A stretch of DNA of 64,000 bases from a virus (IMGVR_UViG_3300042549_004104:135353-199352); one strand, 5' to 3'; counted from the stretch's first letter, positions 17,198 through 27,478 are shown. A program made the numbers and translations. Notes: generated by a model from the sequence alone, not told the origin.

Positions 17198-18049
17198 TTA
17201 TAATTGGTCTGTCGTTAATGTATTAGGGAATGCACGGCCGGTTCCCCATATGATACGAACTGCGCCACCACCACCATAATTATTTGTTGTGCCTGTAAAA
17301 TGTCCAGCACTTCCGCCACCATATGCTCCACCATTTCGGCTTCGAGTAGCAGAATTACCGCCTCCACCAGAGCCACCGCCACCTTGATATCCGGTTAAGC
17401 TACCACTGTCGTATCCTGCCGGATTTGCTACACCATTTGCGCCTTGGCCAAGGATGCCAACTCCGCCACCACCACCACCACCGGGGCTTGGTGATCCCAC
17501 TGCACCGCCGCCACCGCCGCCACCAGAGCCGGCAACGCCTGCATACGGTGGGCTATCATTACTTCCTCCACCTTTGCCACCGGCACCAGCGTATCCCCCG
17601 GCACCACCGCCACCTGAAGCACTGCCGGCTGTACTAGTTCCGCCGGCTCCTCCGTTGCCGCCGCCATCTCCTGCATATGTTCCACCTGCACCACCTAAAC
17701 TAGCTGTGCCGTTGCCGCCGGCGCCACCCTTAACAGTGACTGCTGATATAAAATAAGAATCTGTTCCGGTACCAGCACCACCTACTACTACTGTATAACT
17801 TTGACCAGGTGTTACGGAAATATTATTTTTCCAACCAAGACCACCACCGCCGCCGCCTTCATTTGGCATAGTGATCCCATAACCCAGTCCGCCAGGACCG
17901 ACACATACTACACAAACACTAGTTATCCCTGCAGGTGCTGTCCAACTATATGTACCGAGAGTTGTATATGCTTGTTGTCCGGCTGGCACAACTCCACCGC
18001 CGCCACCTGCAAACCATATCCTTGATCCAGAAAATGAATTAATTCTCAT
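17198..18049 (-). CDS. Glycine-rich tail-fibre tip/virion protein
   Basis: YSWTAPAGITSVCVVCVGPGG...GGGAVRIIWG glycine-rich domain; GC-rich relative to genome. Confidence 0.8.
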   Translation of the reverse strand: MRINSFSGSRIWFAGGGGGVVPAGQQAYTTLGTYSWTAPAGITSVCVVCVGPGGLGYGITMPNEGGGGGGLGWKNNISVTPGQSYTVVVGGAGTGTDSYFISAVTVKGGAGGNGTASLGGAGGTYAGDGGGNGGAGGTSTAGSASGGGGAGGYAGAGGKGGGSNDSPPYAGVAGSGGGGGGGAVGSPSPGGGGGGGVGILGQGANGVANPAGYDSGSLTGYQGGGGSGGGGNSATRSRNGGAYGGGSAGHFTGTTNNYGGGGAVRIIWGTGRAFPNTLTTDQL

Positions 18050-18054
18050 TATAA

Positions 18055-19722
18055 TTATCCATAATTTACTGAGGCTTGGCCAAGAACGATCCAAGCAGAT
18101 CCAGTTCTTATTAAACTAAATGATATTATATCTATCTTGTTTGCAGTACCGGTAGGTGCGGCAGATCCAATCCATTTAATAGTTTGAGCAACACCGCCGA
18201 TTTGTACCGCATTTGATATATAAGGTGTGGCGCCTTGAGTAATTATAAGAGTTGCCATTAATACTCTACTATTAGTTGTAGGAACATTGGTAAAATTTGC
18301 TGTAAAATTTGCGGCAGGAGTAGTATGATAAAACACTCCACCATTAGATACATCATGTGCAACCACTCCTGTTGCTCCGGTTAATGTTAAAAGAATGTCA
18401 GAAGTTAATCCATACGAGCTTTCACCAGATACAATTAAACTTGTTAACGTACCAACTGACGTTATATTAGGTTGTGCGTTTGTAGTTACAGTACCTGCTG
18501 TATTTGCGGCTGTAGCTAAAGGTACATAACCACTTACGTTAGCACCAGTTAAACTTGTTAATGTACTACCATTACCAATGAAATAGTTAGCAGAGACATT
18601 ACCTGTATAACTTGGTAAATATGCGGCTACGTTTGTATTTGAATAACTTGTAGTTATACCAGTTAATTGACTACCGTTACCAATGAAGTAATTAGCAGAT
18701 ACGTTACCAGTGACAGTAAGAGTTGTTAAATTACCGACACTTGTAATATTAGGTTGAGCCGCAGTTGTTAATGTTCCTGTAAAATAATTAGCACTTATTA
18801 AATTAGCACCAGTCATTGAACCACCGGTTGCTGCCCCTACGGATAAAATTCCAGTTGCTTTGTTAAATGTAAAATTTGAGTTTGCACCTAAAACACCATT
18901 GTCGTTAAATTGTACTTGTGTGTTGCTACCAGCTGGGCTTGCTGTTAGACCAGTTAATTGACTACCGTTACCTGTAAAATAGTTACCTGATACATTACCT
19001 GTTACTGATAAACTACTTAATGTACCTACACTAGTAATATTTGGTTGTGCATTTGTTGTTATAGTACCTGCTGTAGTTGCTGAATTCGCAACATTTGCAT
19101 TTGGTACATAACCACTTACGTTAGCACCAGTTATATTTGTTAATTGACTACCATTACCTATAAAGTAATTTGCACTTACATTACCTGTATATGTTGGTAG
19201 ATATGCGGCTACGTTTGTATTTGAATAACTTGCAGGTAAGCCAGTTAATTGACTACCATTACCAATAAAATAGTTACCGGCTACATTACCTGTATATGTT
19301 GGTAGATATGCGGCTACGTTTGTATTTGAATAACTTGCAGGTAAGCCAGTTAATTGACTACCATTACCAATGAAATAGTTTGCTGACACATTACCTGTAT
19401 AAGTTGGTAGATATGCGGCTACGTTTGTGTTACTATAGCTTGCAGGTAATCCGGTTAATTGACTACCATTACCAATGAAGTAATTTGCAGATATGTTACC
19501 TGTATAAGTTGGTAGATATGCGGCTACGTTTGTGTTACTATAGCTTGCAGGTAATCCGGTCAATAAACTACCATTACCAATGAAGTAATTTGCTGTTGCA
19601 GAATTTCCTAAATTACTATTAGTATTACTTCCAGTAACCAAATTACCGGAAACATTTAAGTTAGCAAATGTGAACGTTGCTGTTGAGTTGATTGATGACG
19701 GTTCTAGTACAGTGAATGACAT
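18055..19722 (-). CDS. Tail fibre protein with 35-aa tandem repeats
   Basis: NYFIGNGSQLTGLPASYSNTNVAAYLPTYTGN repeats, AQPNITSVG motifs, GSNTQVQFND; C-terminal PTGTANKIDIISF domain. Confidence 0.8.
   Translation of the reverse strand: MSFTVLEPSSINSTATFTFANLNVSGNLVTGSNTNSNLGNSATANYFIGNGSLLTGLPASYSNTNVAAYLPTYTGNISANYFIGNGSQLTGLPASYSNTNVAAYLPTYTGNVSANYFIGNGSQLTGLPASYSNTNVAAYLPTYTGNVAGNYFIGNGSQLTGLPASYSNTNVAAYLPTYTGNVSANYFIGNGSQLTNITGANVSGYVPNANVANSATTAGTITTNAQPNITSVGTLSSLSVTGNVSGNYFTGNGSQLTGLTASPAGSNTQVQFNDNGVLGANSNFTFNKATGILSVGAATGGSMTGANLISANYFTGTLTTAAQPNITSVGNLTTLTVTGNVSANYFIGNGSQLTGITTSYSNTNVAAYLPSYTGNVSANYFIGNGSTLTSLTGANVSGYVPLATAANTAGTVTTNAQPNITSVGTLTSLIVSGESSYGLTSDILLTLTGATGVVAHDVSNGGVFYHTTPAANFTANFTNVPTTNSRVLMATLIITQGATPYISNAVQIGGVAQTIKWIGSAAPTGTANKIDIISFSLIRTGSAWIVLGQASVNYG
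19140..19590 (-). repeat. 105-bp tandem repeat (about 4 units) in the tail-fibre gene
   Basis: GATATGCGGCTACGTTTGT at 19200, 19305, 19410 and 19515. Confidence 0.9.
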
Positions 19723-19821
19723 ATGTTTTGTTCTTTATTCTATTTATGCATATTACATAGTCAATTTTTGACCATGACCTGCTAATTATTGGACTCTAAA
19801 ATAATCACCAACCCAAAGAAG

Positions 19822-21015
19822 CTAATTAAACCATGTTATAACACTGTATCTCACGCCCTTAGTTATTGGTAAAATTTGGTGAGGGTACATAAAATTAGAC
19901 GGGAATAATAAAGCTGACCCGCGTTTTGGTTTCTTTTTTATCCTACTATTGAAAAAAGCCCATTCTCCACCCTCGTAGTCATCATTTAATGCAAAACTAC
20001 AAGAAACAGTCCTAGGTAACTCAGTGAAATTATCACAGTGTTCTTTATAAAATTGCCCGGCAAAATATCGTAATAATTGATAACCCGAATCATTTTTTAT
20101 CGCTGAATGTGGGAAAAGATTATTATAGTTTTGAATTGCGACTTTAGCACACTCATATAACTCTTTATCTAAATATTCTCTGATTTCTTTATTTTGTGTC
20201 AAAACTATAGGTGACGATAACGCTACCTCATCTACATTTCTAATATTTCTATCAACGCCACCGGCTGTACCTGCATATTCCCAATTATTACAATTTTCAT
20301 ATTCCCTAAAAATTGCATCAATTAACCATTCCGGAACTACATTTTCAACTTCAATAATATAATCTTCTATGTTAACAGGATATGTATTATTTTTAACTTC
20401 ATCACTTATTTTTTTAATTTCTTCTTTTTCAGAAATAACTGTGGGTGAAATTAAATTAATTGGGGTATCTGTTGGTTTTATTCTTTCTTTATCAAAGTAA
20501 GCAAAGTTATTCTTGCCCCTACTTCTTACATAATGTAAAAATATTTGTACATGTTCATTGCCTTCATAACGTTCACGCCAATGTTGTCCTACAGTTCCAA
20601 GATAAAGCATTGCATCACCTGATTTTAAGTTCAAGCTAATACTTTCACCATTTGGTTTTTTTATAAATATAGGCCATTTAGCATCACCATTTAATTGAAC
20701 AGTGAGGCTAATTTCACATGCTTCTCTATCAGTGTGTGGTTCTAATACTGCACCTTTTTGATAAACTCTAGCATAACTATATGTAGGTAAAACTCTTTCT
20801 CCTAAAAATTTACTTACTTGTGGAGTTTTCTCACATAGTAATTCTAAAAATGCGATGTAATCATAACAAGCAGGACTTCCTTCTACCTGCGTATCAGATT
20901 TCAAATTGTTCGTTCGAGCAAATTGTTTAAATTCTTCTGATAATAAAATAGCATCTCCACTGTCTATAAACTGGGGAATATACAAATAATTATTTTCTTC
21001 TAAAAATGTATTCAT
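19822..21015 (-). CDS. Tandem two-domain 2OG-Fe(II) oxygenase (prolyl-4-hydroxylase-like)
   Basis: Domain 1 HTDR..HWR; domain 2 HCD..YEGGE..FPSNFMYPH..G.RYSVITW. Confidence 0.88.
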   Translation of the reverse strand: MNTFLEENNYLYIPQFIDSGDAILLSEEFKQFARTNNLKSDTQVEGSPACYDYIAFLELLCEKTPQVSKFLGERVLPTYSYARVYQKGAVLEPHTDREACEISLTVQLNGDAKWPIFIKKPNGESISLNLKSGDAMLYLGTVGQHWRERYEGNEHVQIFLHYVRSRGKNNFAYFDKERIKPTDTPINLISPTVISEKEEIKKISDEVKNNTYPVNIEDYIIEVENVVPEWLIDAIFREYENCNNWEYAGTAGGVDRNIRNVDEVALSSPIVLTQNKEIREYLDKELYECAKVAIQNYNNLFPHSAIKNDSGYQLLRYFAGQFYKEHCDNFTELPRTVSCSFALNDDYEGGEWAFFNSRIKKKPKRGSALLFPSNFMYPHQILPITKGVRYSVITWFN

Positions 21016-21281
21016 ACAGATCCTGGATCCTCAACAACTTCTCTTGGTATCGACTGATGCAATTCGTAACAACGTAAAGCCCATGCAGGTAATTCGTTGA
21101 TTATCTGGTTATGACTATTATCTCTAAATTCTATTTCCCCAGTACCATCTTTCCATTGTAATGCCCAAACCTCAGGTGGAATACCAAAATCACTAAGGTC
21201 TAAATTTATAAAATAAAAATCATCAGTATATACGGCACCATCATCAATGATGATTGCCAATCTATTGGTTGTAAGTTCCAT
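21012..21281 (-). CDS. Tail-fibre-associated hypothetical protein
   Basis: IPPEVWALQW..GTGEIE; within the fibre cassette. Confidence 0.6.
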   Translation of the reverse strand: MELTTNRLAIIIDDGAVYTDDFYFINLDLSDFGIPPEVWALQWKDGTGEIEFRDNSHNQIINELPAWALRCYELHQSIPREVVEDPGSV

Positions 21282-21285
21282 ATTA

Positions 21286-21576
21286 TTATTCCTTTTGAAT
21301 ACGTGCTAAATTTGCCGCTTGTAAAAATATGTTTTGAGTAGCCTCATTTGATTTAACCATTTCATTGCGAAAACTTTCAACTGCCGCACCAGTTTGCCTA
21401 CTCATCCCGCTATTTTCTATAAGTAACATTGGTAAAAATGCTATTGAACAGTTCCATTCGTCTACTCTATTTCCAGTATTTATATCATACCCTTCGACTT
21501 TACAGAACCATGCACATTTTAATCCAACACATTCATCTTTAATTAAAGGGCAAAAATTACCCGGTTTTAATTGCAT
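21286..21576 (-). CDS. Cys-rich conserved phage protein
   Basis: FCPLIKDECVGLKCAWF..C..QTGAAVESFRNEMV. Confidence 0.65.
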   Translation of the reverse strand: MQLKPGNFCPLIKDECVGLKCAWFCKVEGYDINTGNRVDEWNCSIAFLPMLLIENSGMSRQTGAAVESFRNEMVKSNEATQNIFLQAANLARIQKE

Positions 21577-21626
21577 TGTGTATCTCCTACATGTAATACT
21601 GATATTTAACTGTTTTAATATACCAG

Positions 21627-22109
21627 TTAATCTTTTACAACTAAAATTATGTCTACATATTTTACAGACAAATCTACTGATCCGTTTACACTTGCGGATA
21701 CAGTGCTAAATGGGTGACTATGCCCGCTAGTACTAGCAGGTATAGCTCCACCTGGAGCTGACCCCGTTGGAGTTGTAAAAGAACTAGGGGTAGTACCTAG
21801 ATTGTAAGGACTTACTGTTGCTGTACTAAAATTTGTTGATCCTGACCCTTGGCTGATGCTATGTGTATGAGATGGCAATGTTGGTGCAGCCAAAGTGGTT
21901 GGTCCTGTCGATAAGGGAGCGAAGGGTGCTGACGATGAAAAACTTCTTGATGTGAACACAGTAGAAAAATTAGTACTACCACCACTAGTCGCTGATCCAG
22001 TGGTAACACGTAATGCATAATCATTATACGTAGTATCTTTTGTCCAACCGGTTGTTGCGGTTGTACCAACAAAGAATGTTTTTGTGCCTGAAGGAAACGC
22101 TGTTGCCAT
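21627..22109 (-). CDS. Short tail-fibre/collar-like protein with HxH motifs, paralogue 3
   Basis: FPSGT..GWTK..YALRV..SHTH..GHSH..YVDII. Confidence 0.7.
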   Translation of the reverse strand: MATAFPSGTKTFFVGTTATTGWTKDTTYNDYALRVTTGSATSGGSTNFSTVFTSRSFSSSAPFAPLSTGPTTLAAPTLPSHTHSISQGSGSTNFSTATVSPYNLGTTPSSFTTPTGSAPGGAIPASTSGHSHPFSTVSASVNGSVDLSVKYVDIILVVKD

Positions 22110-22110
22110 A

Positions 22111-22581
22111 TTAATTCCTCGTTGCTATTATAATGTCTAGATATCGCACTGCTAAATTCAATGAATTTGAAGGGCTCCATGTGAAGCCTATATCACCGAC
22201 TGGATGTGTATGAGCACCACTTGAACCTGTACTACTACTATTTGATGGAACATTCCAGCCTGGTCCACCGGTAACTGAGATTGGTTGACCACTTGTACCA
22301 TATCTACCTGGACGGTTTGCTGTCAATCTAGGATATGTGTGGGTATGTTGTGGAATATGTTGATATGTTAAAGTGAAAGGTCCTATTGATCCAGAAACAG
22401 TACCAGTGGCGCTGACTGGTATGTTTGTAAACACATTACTAAAATTCGCACTTCCGCCACTGCTTGCTGAGCCAGAAACTACCCTTAATGCATGTTCATT
22501 AAAAGAAGTATTTTTTGTCCATCCAATCGGTGGAGTTGTCATACGAAATAATGTTGATGTTCCTGAAACTATATCTGGCAT
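22111..22581 (-). CDS. Short tail-fibre/collar-like protein with HxH motifs, paralogue 2
   Basis: GWTK..HALRV..QHTH..AHTH..YLDII. Confidence 0.7.
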   Translation of the reverse strand: MPDIVSGTSTLFRMTTPPIGWTKNTSFNEHALRVVSGSASSGGSANFSNVFTNIPVSATGTVSGSIGPFTLTYQHIPQHTHTYPRLTANRPGRYGTSGQPISVTGGPGWNVPSNSSSTGSSGAHTHPVGDIGFTWSPSNSLNLAVRYLDIIIATRN

Positions 22582-22591
22582 TTCTTAATCC

Positions 22592-23128
22592 TTAACTCTT
22601 AGTTGCTAACATTGTATCTACGTACCTCACACTCATGGTAAAAGGAGCGTTAGCACTAGCAGTAGTTCCCGGAGATATTGAATGTACATGTGAACCACCT
22701 GACCAAGTTGTACCCGATGTTATAGAAGCCCCTGATGAGAATGTACCGTATGGTACAGCGGGAACAGTAGGAGATGGTGAAGGTGATCTTGATACTGCTC
22801 CGTTTACAGTTAAAGGACCATGCAAATGGGTTGGTAATGTTGTTGAACTAATCGTTGTGCCACCTACTGCTGTTCCAGATAATGTTGCAGTGCCATTTAA
22901 AGTTGTATCTGTATTCATTGTGCCAAATGCTACAGAACCACCAGTACTTATTGTACCTGTTGTCACTCTTAATGTATAATCATCATATGTAGTTTCTTTT
23001 ACCCATCCTGTTGGAGCCGCTGTTTGTGCAAACACCATGGTTGCACCTTGGTATTCATCACCGGAAGCTCTAGTGATACTTATAGATTGATAACCTGCAA
23101 ATCCTGATAAAGACGCTAATATTCCCAT
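22592..23128 (-). CDS. Short tail-fibre/collar-like protein with HxH motifs, paralogue 1
   Basis: AAPTGWVK..YTLRV..THLH..SHVH..YVDTM. Confidence 0.7.
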   Translation of the reverse strand: MGILASLSGFAGYQSISITRASGDEYQGATMVFAQTAAPTGWVKETTYDDYTLRVTTGTISTGGSVAFGTMNTDTTLNGTATLSGTAVGGTTISSTTLPTHLHGPLTVNGAVSRSPSPSPTVPAVPYGTFSSGASITSGTTWSGGSHVHSISPGTTASANAPFTMSVRYVDTMLATKS

Positions 23129-23131
23129 GTA

Positions 23132-25483
23132 TTATCCGTAGTATGATGATTGTCCTAATACTGCCCATGACCCAGAATTATTTAGCAACGCAAAACTGAA
23201 TACTTCATTTTTTGATGCAGTTCCTGTAGGCGTAGCACCACTAACCCACAATATTGTTTGTAACGAATTGTTAATATATACATTTGATGGAATATATGCC
23301 GTAACACCTTGAGAAATTACTGCTGTTGTAACAATGCTTATATTACTAGTAGTTGGCACATTACTTATTACTATATTTATATTTCCAGATAAGCCTGACA
23401 ACATAACAGTACTTCCTTGGCTATAGTCAATTGAATAATTTCCGGAACCTGTGCTAGAATCTACTTTTATTTTTTCAGTAACTTGTTGAATTGTTAATGT
23501 ATTGTTTGCAGATATAGCACCACCGGTTATATTACCTGTTACAGTAAGATTAGCAGGAGTGTTAACATTACCCGATCCATTTGGAGTTAACACAATATTT
23601 GCACTACCAGCAGTTGTTTGTATATCTAATTGTCCTGAATCAGTAATTGCACCAGTTAATGATAGGTTGCCAGCAGAAATATTTCCTGTATATGTCGGAA
23701 GATAATCAGATACATTAGTATTTGAATAACTGCCTCCACCTGAAATACCAGTTAAATAATATCCATTACCAACAAAATATGTTGCTGTGATGTTACCACT
23801 ACCACTAGTTCCTGCGACAATATTACCATAGACACCCACGTCACCGGACTGACTTGCATATCCAGTAACTAACGTAACTGTACCTGCACTGTCTTGTATA
23901 TTTGAGGCTTTGATACCAGTTCCAGTAGCAGTAATCAATCCTGTTACTGATAAACCACTCAATGTCCCAACTGAAGTAATATTGGGTTGAGCAGTTGTAT
24001 ACACCGTACCAGCAATTAATGCATTTGATACTTGACCTGTTACATTAGCACCGTTGATATCTGTTAGTTCGGATCCGCTACCACTTAGATTGCCTGTTAT
24101 AGAAATGCCATTGCCATCTGCACTTAGACTTTGTGTTCCTAAAAATATAGTATTTCCAGATAGATATAAATCATTAAAACGATGGGTGTTGTTACCTAAA
24201 CTGTAGGTTAAATTAGCAGTAGGGGTAATATTACCTGATACAACTAACCCTGTCAAGATCCCTACGCTAGTTATGTTTGGTTGTGCATTTGTCGTTACAG
24301 TATCGGCTGTAGTAGCACTATTTGCATTGGTTGCATTTGGTACATAACCAGTAACGTTACTACCGGTAATATTTGTTAAAGTTGAACCATTGCCAATAAA
24401 ATAGTTACCGGCTACATTGCCTGTATACGTTGGAAGATATGCGGCTACGTTTGTGTTTGAATAACTAGTACCTCCGGTAATACCAGTTAAGTAATAGCCA
24501 TTTCCTACAAAATATGTAGCTACAACGTTTCCACTACCATTAGTACCAGCAGTAATATTTCCATAAACACCTATATCACCGACTTGATTTCCATATCTAG
24601 TAACCAATGTAACTGTGCCAGAAGTGTCCTGTATATTTGCGGCTTTAATTCCTGTTGCCGTAGCAGTGATTAGTCCTGAAACGGTTAGGCTACTTAATGT
24701 ACCTACACTTGTAATATTGGGTTGTGCGTCAGTATATACAGTACCTGCAATTAATGCATTACTTACTTGGCCACTGACGTTGGCCCCTGTTACTGAGTTT
24801 GCTATGTTTGCATAATGACTTTGTACTGCACTAGTGACATTACCACTGACGTTGGCCCCTGTTACGCTATTTGCAACATCTGCATAATATGCGTGTACTG
24901 CATCTGCTACATTACCACTTACATTAGTACCCGCTACTGCATTTGCAGTATTTGCATAATTACTTGTTATTGCGTAACTAACATTACCGGAAACATTAGC
25001 ACCCGCCACTGAGTTTGCTATGTTTGCATAGTGACTTTGTACTGCATATGTGACGTTCCCAACGACATTTGCACCTGTTATATCAGTTAATGTTGATCCA
25101 TTGCCAATGAAGTAATTAGCAGAAACATTACCTGTATATGTTGGAAGATATGCGGCTACGTTTGTGTTTGAATAACTAGTACCTCCGGTAATACCAGTTA
25201 AGTAATAGCCATTTCCAGTGTAAAAATTAGCAGAAACGTTACCTGTAACATCAACTGTGTTTTGTGTAACTACTACTACGTTGCTTGTTCCTGCCACTCC
25301 TATTGTAATGTTACTATTTGCACTCACAGCCACGTTACTATTTCCGTTAACTATAGATGTACCCCCGGTAGTAATTCCGGTTAAAAAATATCCATTTCCG
25401 AGAAAATAGGTTGACGTTACATTTGCGAATGTAAAATCAGCGTTTGCGTTTACACTTAGTGGTTGTAATCTAGTTAGTGACAT
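23132..25483 (-). CDS. Long tail fibre protein
   Basis: Repeats GNGYYLTGI, YSNTNVAAYLPTYTGN, GANVSGNV, AQPNITSVG; C-terminal PTGT domain as in 18055..19722. Confidence 0.8.
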   Translation of the reverse strand: MSLTRLQPLSVNANADFTFANVTSTYFLGNGYFLTGITTGGTSIVNGNSNVAVSANSNITIGVAGTSNVVVVTQNTVDVTGNVSANFYTGNGYYLTGITGGTSYSNTNVAAYLPTYTGNVSANYFIGNGSTLTDITGANVVGNVTYAVQSHYANIANSVAGANVSGNVSYAITSNYANTANAVAGTNVSGNVADAVHAYYADVANSVTGANVSGNVTSAVQSHYANIANSVTGANVSGQVSNALIAGTVYTDAQPNITSVGTLSSLTVSGLITATATGIKAANIQDTSGTVTLVTRYGNQVGDIGVYGNITAGTNGSGNVVATYFVGNGYYLTGITGGTSYSNTNVAAYLPTYTGNVAGNYFIGNGSTLTNITGSNVTGYVPNATNANSATTADTVTTNAQPNITSVGILTGLVVSGNITPTANLTYSLGNNTHRFNDLYLSGNTIFLGTQSLSADGNGISITGNLSGSGSELTDINGANVTGQVSNALIAGTVYTTAQPNITSVGTLSGLSVTGLITATGTGIKASNIQDSAGTVTLVTGYASQSGDVGVYGNIVAGTSGSGNITATYFVGNGYYLTGISGGGSYSNTNVSDYLPTYTGNISAGNLSLTGAITDSGQLDIQTTAGSANIVLTPNGSGNVNTPANLTVTGNITGGAISANNTLTIQQVTEKIKVDSSTGSGNYSIDYSQGSTVMLSGLSGNINIVISNVPTTSNISIVTTAVISQGVTAYIPSNVYINNSLQTILWVSGATPTGTASKNEVFSFALLNNSGSWAVLGQSSYYG

Positions 25484-25530
25484 GGAAAATCCTTAATACT
25501 TAGTATTTATTAATATTTATTTGTTTCCAC

Positions 25531-25559
25531 TTGACACAAAATCCAGTTTCTGCTATACT
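25531..25559 (+). promoter_or_regulatory. Sigma70 early promoter
   Basis: TTGACA-17nt-TATACT with TG extended -10. Confidence 0.8.
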
Positions 25560-25565
25560 TACAGC

Positions 25566-26033
25566 ATGAAAATTGAAATCTTAGCACACGGCAACACAAA
25601 GCCTGAAAAGGTTAAATTGTTCCACAATACTGCCAAATTTTATGCAAAATACTTAAATATTGAAAAATTTAAGTACAAAGTATACATTTGTATAGCCCCG
25701 AAATTGCGTCAAAGAGACGGAAACAATGGGATTTGTAGCAAGACCGATGACAAAGAAATCAGTATCGCAGTAGATAGTACTTTAGAACTACCTCAGGTAC
25801 TATTGACACTTGCCCACGAAATGGTCCATGCAAAACAATATATTCGTGGACAATATCGGGGTGAACTTTCTCGTAACGGTAAGATGAAAAGAATTTGGTT
25901 AGGCAAACAATATACTGTAGAGTATTTGAAACGCCCATGGGAACGTGAAGCCTTCCGTAGAGAATCAGAATTGGTCAACGCACTTTTGGATGAACTTATC
26001 CAAAAAAGCAAAAAGAGTAAAAGAGTTGGTTGA
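25566..26033 (+). CDS. Zincin-like metallopeptidase
   Basis: LAHEMVHAKQ (HExxH), PWEREA; start moved to ATG 25566 downstream of the promoter. Confidence 0.75.
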   Translation: MKIEILAHGNTKPEKVKLFHNTAKFYAKYLNIEKFKYKVYICIAPKLRQRDGNNGICSKTDDKEISIAVDSTLELPQVLLTLAHEMVHAKQYIRGQYRGELSRNGKMKRIWLGKQYTVEYLKRPWEREAFRRESELVNALLDELIQKSKKSKRVG

Positions 26034-26058
26034 CAGTAATTCAGTTTACTGTTATACT
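26030..26058 (+). promoter_or_regulatory. Sigma70 early promoter
   Basis: TTGACA-17nt-TATACT. Confidence 0.8.
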
Positions 26059-26098
26059 ATGTTTTCGTTATCAATAAGCCATCAACAAGGAGTCAACA

Positions 26099-27199
26099 AT
26101 GGCATCATCAGTAAGTGACAATCATACTATTACTAGTATTCAAACCCGTAAAGCAATTCTTTCTGCTTTCAAAACTCAACGACCTGTTTTTCTTTGGGGA
26201 CCTCCCGGCATCGGTAAGAGTGAGGTTGTGCAAGAAATTGCCGATGAATTGCAAGGTTATGTTATTGACTTGCGTATGGCACAAATGGAACCAACTGACA
26301 TTCGTGGTATCCCATTTTTCAATAAAGAAATCAACAAGATGGACTGGGCTCATCCAGTAGATTTGCCTGATGAGGAATTTGCTAGCCAATATCCTGTCGT
26401 TGTATTGTTCTTGGATGAAATGAACAGTGCAAGCCCAGCAGTACAAGCGGCTGGCTATCAACTGATTTTGAATCGCCGAGTTGGTAAATACAAACTCCCT
26501 GATAATGTTGTTATCGTAGCGGCAGGTAATCGTGACAGTGACAAAGGTGTTACTTATCGTATGCCGATGCCCCTTGCTAATCGTTTCATTCACCTTGAAA
26601 TGCGTCCTGACTTTGCATCATGGCAAATATGGGCCGTGAACAACAACATTCATAAAGACGTTGTTGGTTACTTGAGTTTTGCAAAAAATGATATGTACGA
26701 TTTTGATGCTAAATCATCAAGCCGAGCATTTGCAACACCCCGTTCATGGTGTTTCGTTAGTGACTTGTTGAAAGATGAGGCCAACATGGACGCTGATACT
26801 CAATTCAATTTGGTAGCAGGTGCTGTCGGTGAAGGTCTTGCTGTTAAGTTTTCAGCACACCGCAAAATTTCTGGCAAGATGCCCGAGCCTAGCGATATTC
26901 TTGCAGGTAAAGTGAAAGACCTAGCAGTTAAAGAAATTTCTGCAATGTATTCACTGACCATTTCAATGTGCTATGAATTGAAAGATGCAGTAGACAACAA
27001 GAAAGTGGATAACAAGAAGTTCCACGAAATGGCTCAAAACTTCATTGATTACATGATGAACAACTTTGAAACTGAGTTGGTTGTGATGGGTGCTAAGATT
27101 GCATTGAAAACATATATGTTGCCTATTGAACCTAGTCAATTGAAAAATTTTGATGAGTTTCACAAGAAGTACGGCAAGTACATTGTTGACGCAGGTTGA
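26099..27199 (+). CDS. MoxR-like AAA+ ATPase
   Basis: GPPGIGKS Walker A, LFLDEMN Walker B, AAGNR, LANRF, TPRSW. Confidence 0.88.
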   Translation: MASSVSDNHTITSIQTRKAILSAFKTQRPVFLWGPPGIGKSEVVQEIADELQGYVIDLRMAQMEPTDIRGIPFFNKEINKMDWAHPVDLPDEEFASQYPVVVLFLDEMNSASPAVQAAGYQLILNRRVGKYKLPDNVVIVAAGNRDSDKGVTYRMPMPLANRFIHLEMRPDFASWQIWAVNNNIHKDVVGYLSFAKNDMYDFDAKSSSRAFATPRSWCFVSDLLKDEANMDADTQFNLVAGAVGEGLAVKFSAHRKISGKMPEPSDILAGKVKDLAVKEISAMYSLTISMCYELKDAVDNKKVDNKKFHEMAQNFIDYMMNNFETELVVMGAKIALKTYMLPIEPSQLKNFDEFHKKYGKYIVDAG

Positions 27200-27300
27200 T
27201 AGTTTTCGGTCAATCTAAAGATTGACTCCCTCGGAGCCGAAAGGTTCTGTTTGGGGTGGGAGTAGAAACATTCCCGCCCTTTTTTTATAAAGGATTTATA

Positions 27301-27453
27301 ATGTCAGGTAAGAAATATTTTTATGCATTAGGTCAAAGTGCCCGTGCTAGAGGTATGAGTAAAGTCTCAGCCGAAAATTTCTATTGTGTTGAATCAATGT
27401 TAGACTATGCCCGAATTGCATTTGACAAGGGCTACAGAGGATTAAGTATTTGA
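27301..27453 (+). CDS. Small hypothetical protein
   Basis: MSGKKYFYALGQ...; AAGGA RBS. Confidence 0.55.
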   Translation: MSGKKYFYALGQSARARGMSKVSAENFYCVESMLDYARIAFDKGYRGLSI

Positions 27454-27478
27454 CAATAAATCAATTTTACAGTATAAT
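27450..27478 (+). promoter_or_regulatory. Sigma70 early promoter
   Basis: TTGACA-17nt-TATAAT. Confidence 0.85.

Noticed and set aside
17425-18025. Pro-rich and His-rich plus-strand ORFs
   Set aside because: Antisense reading of Gly codons in the minus-strand glycine-rich gene.
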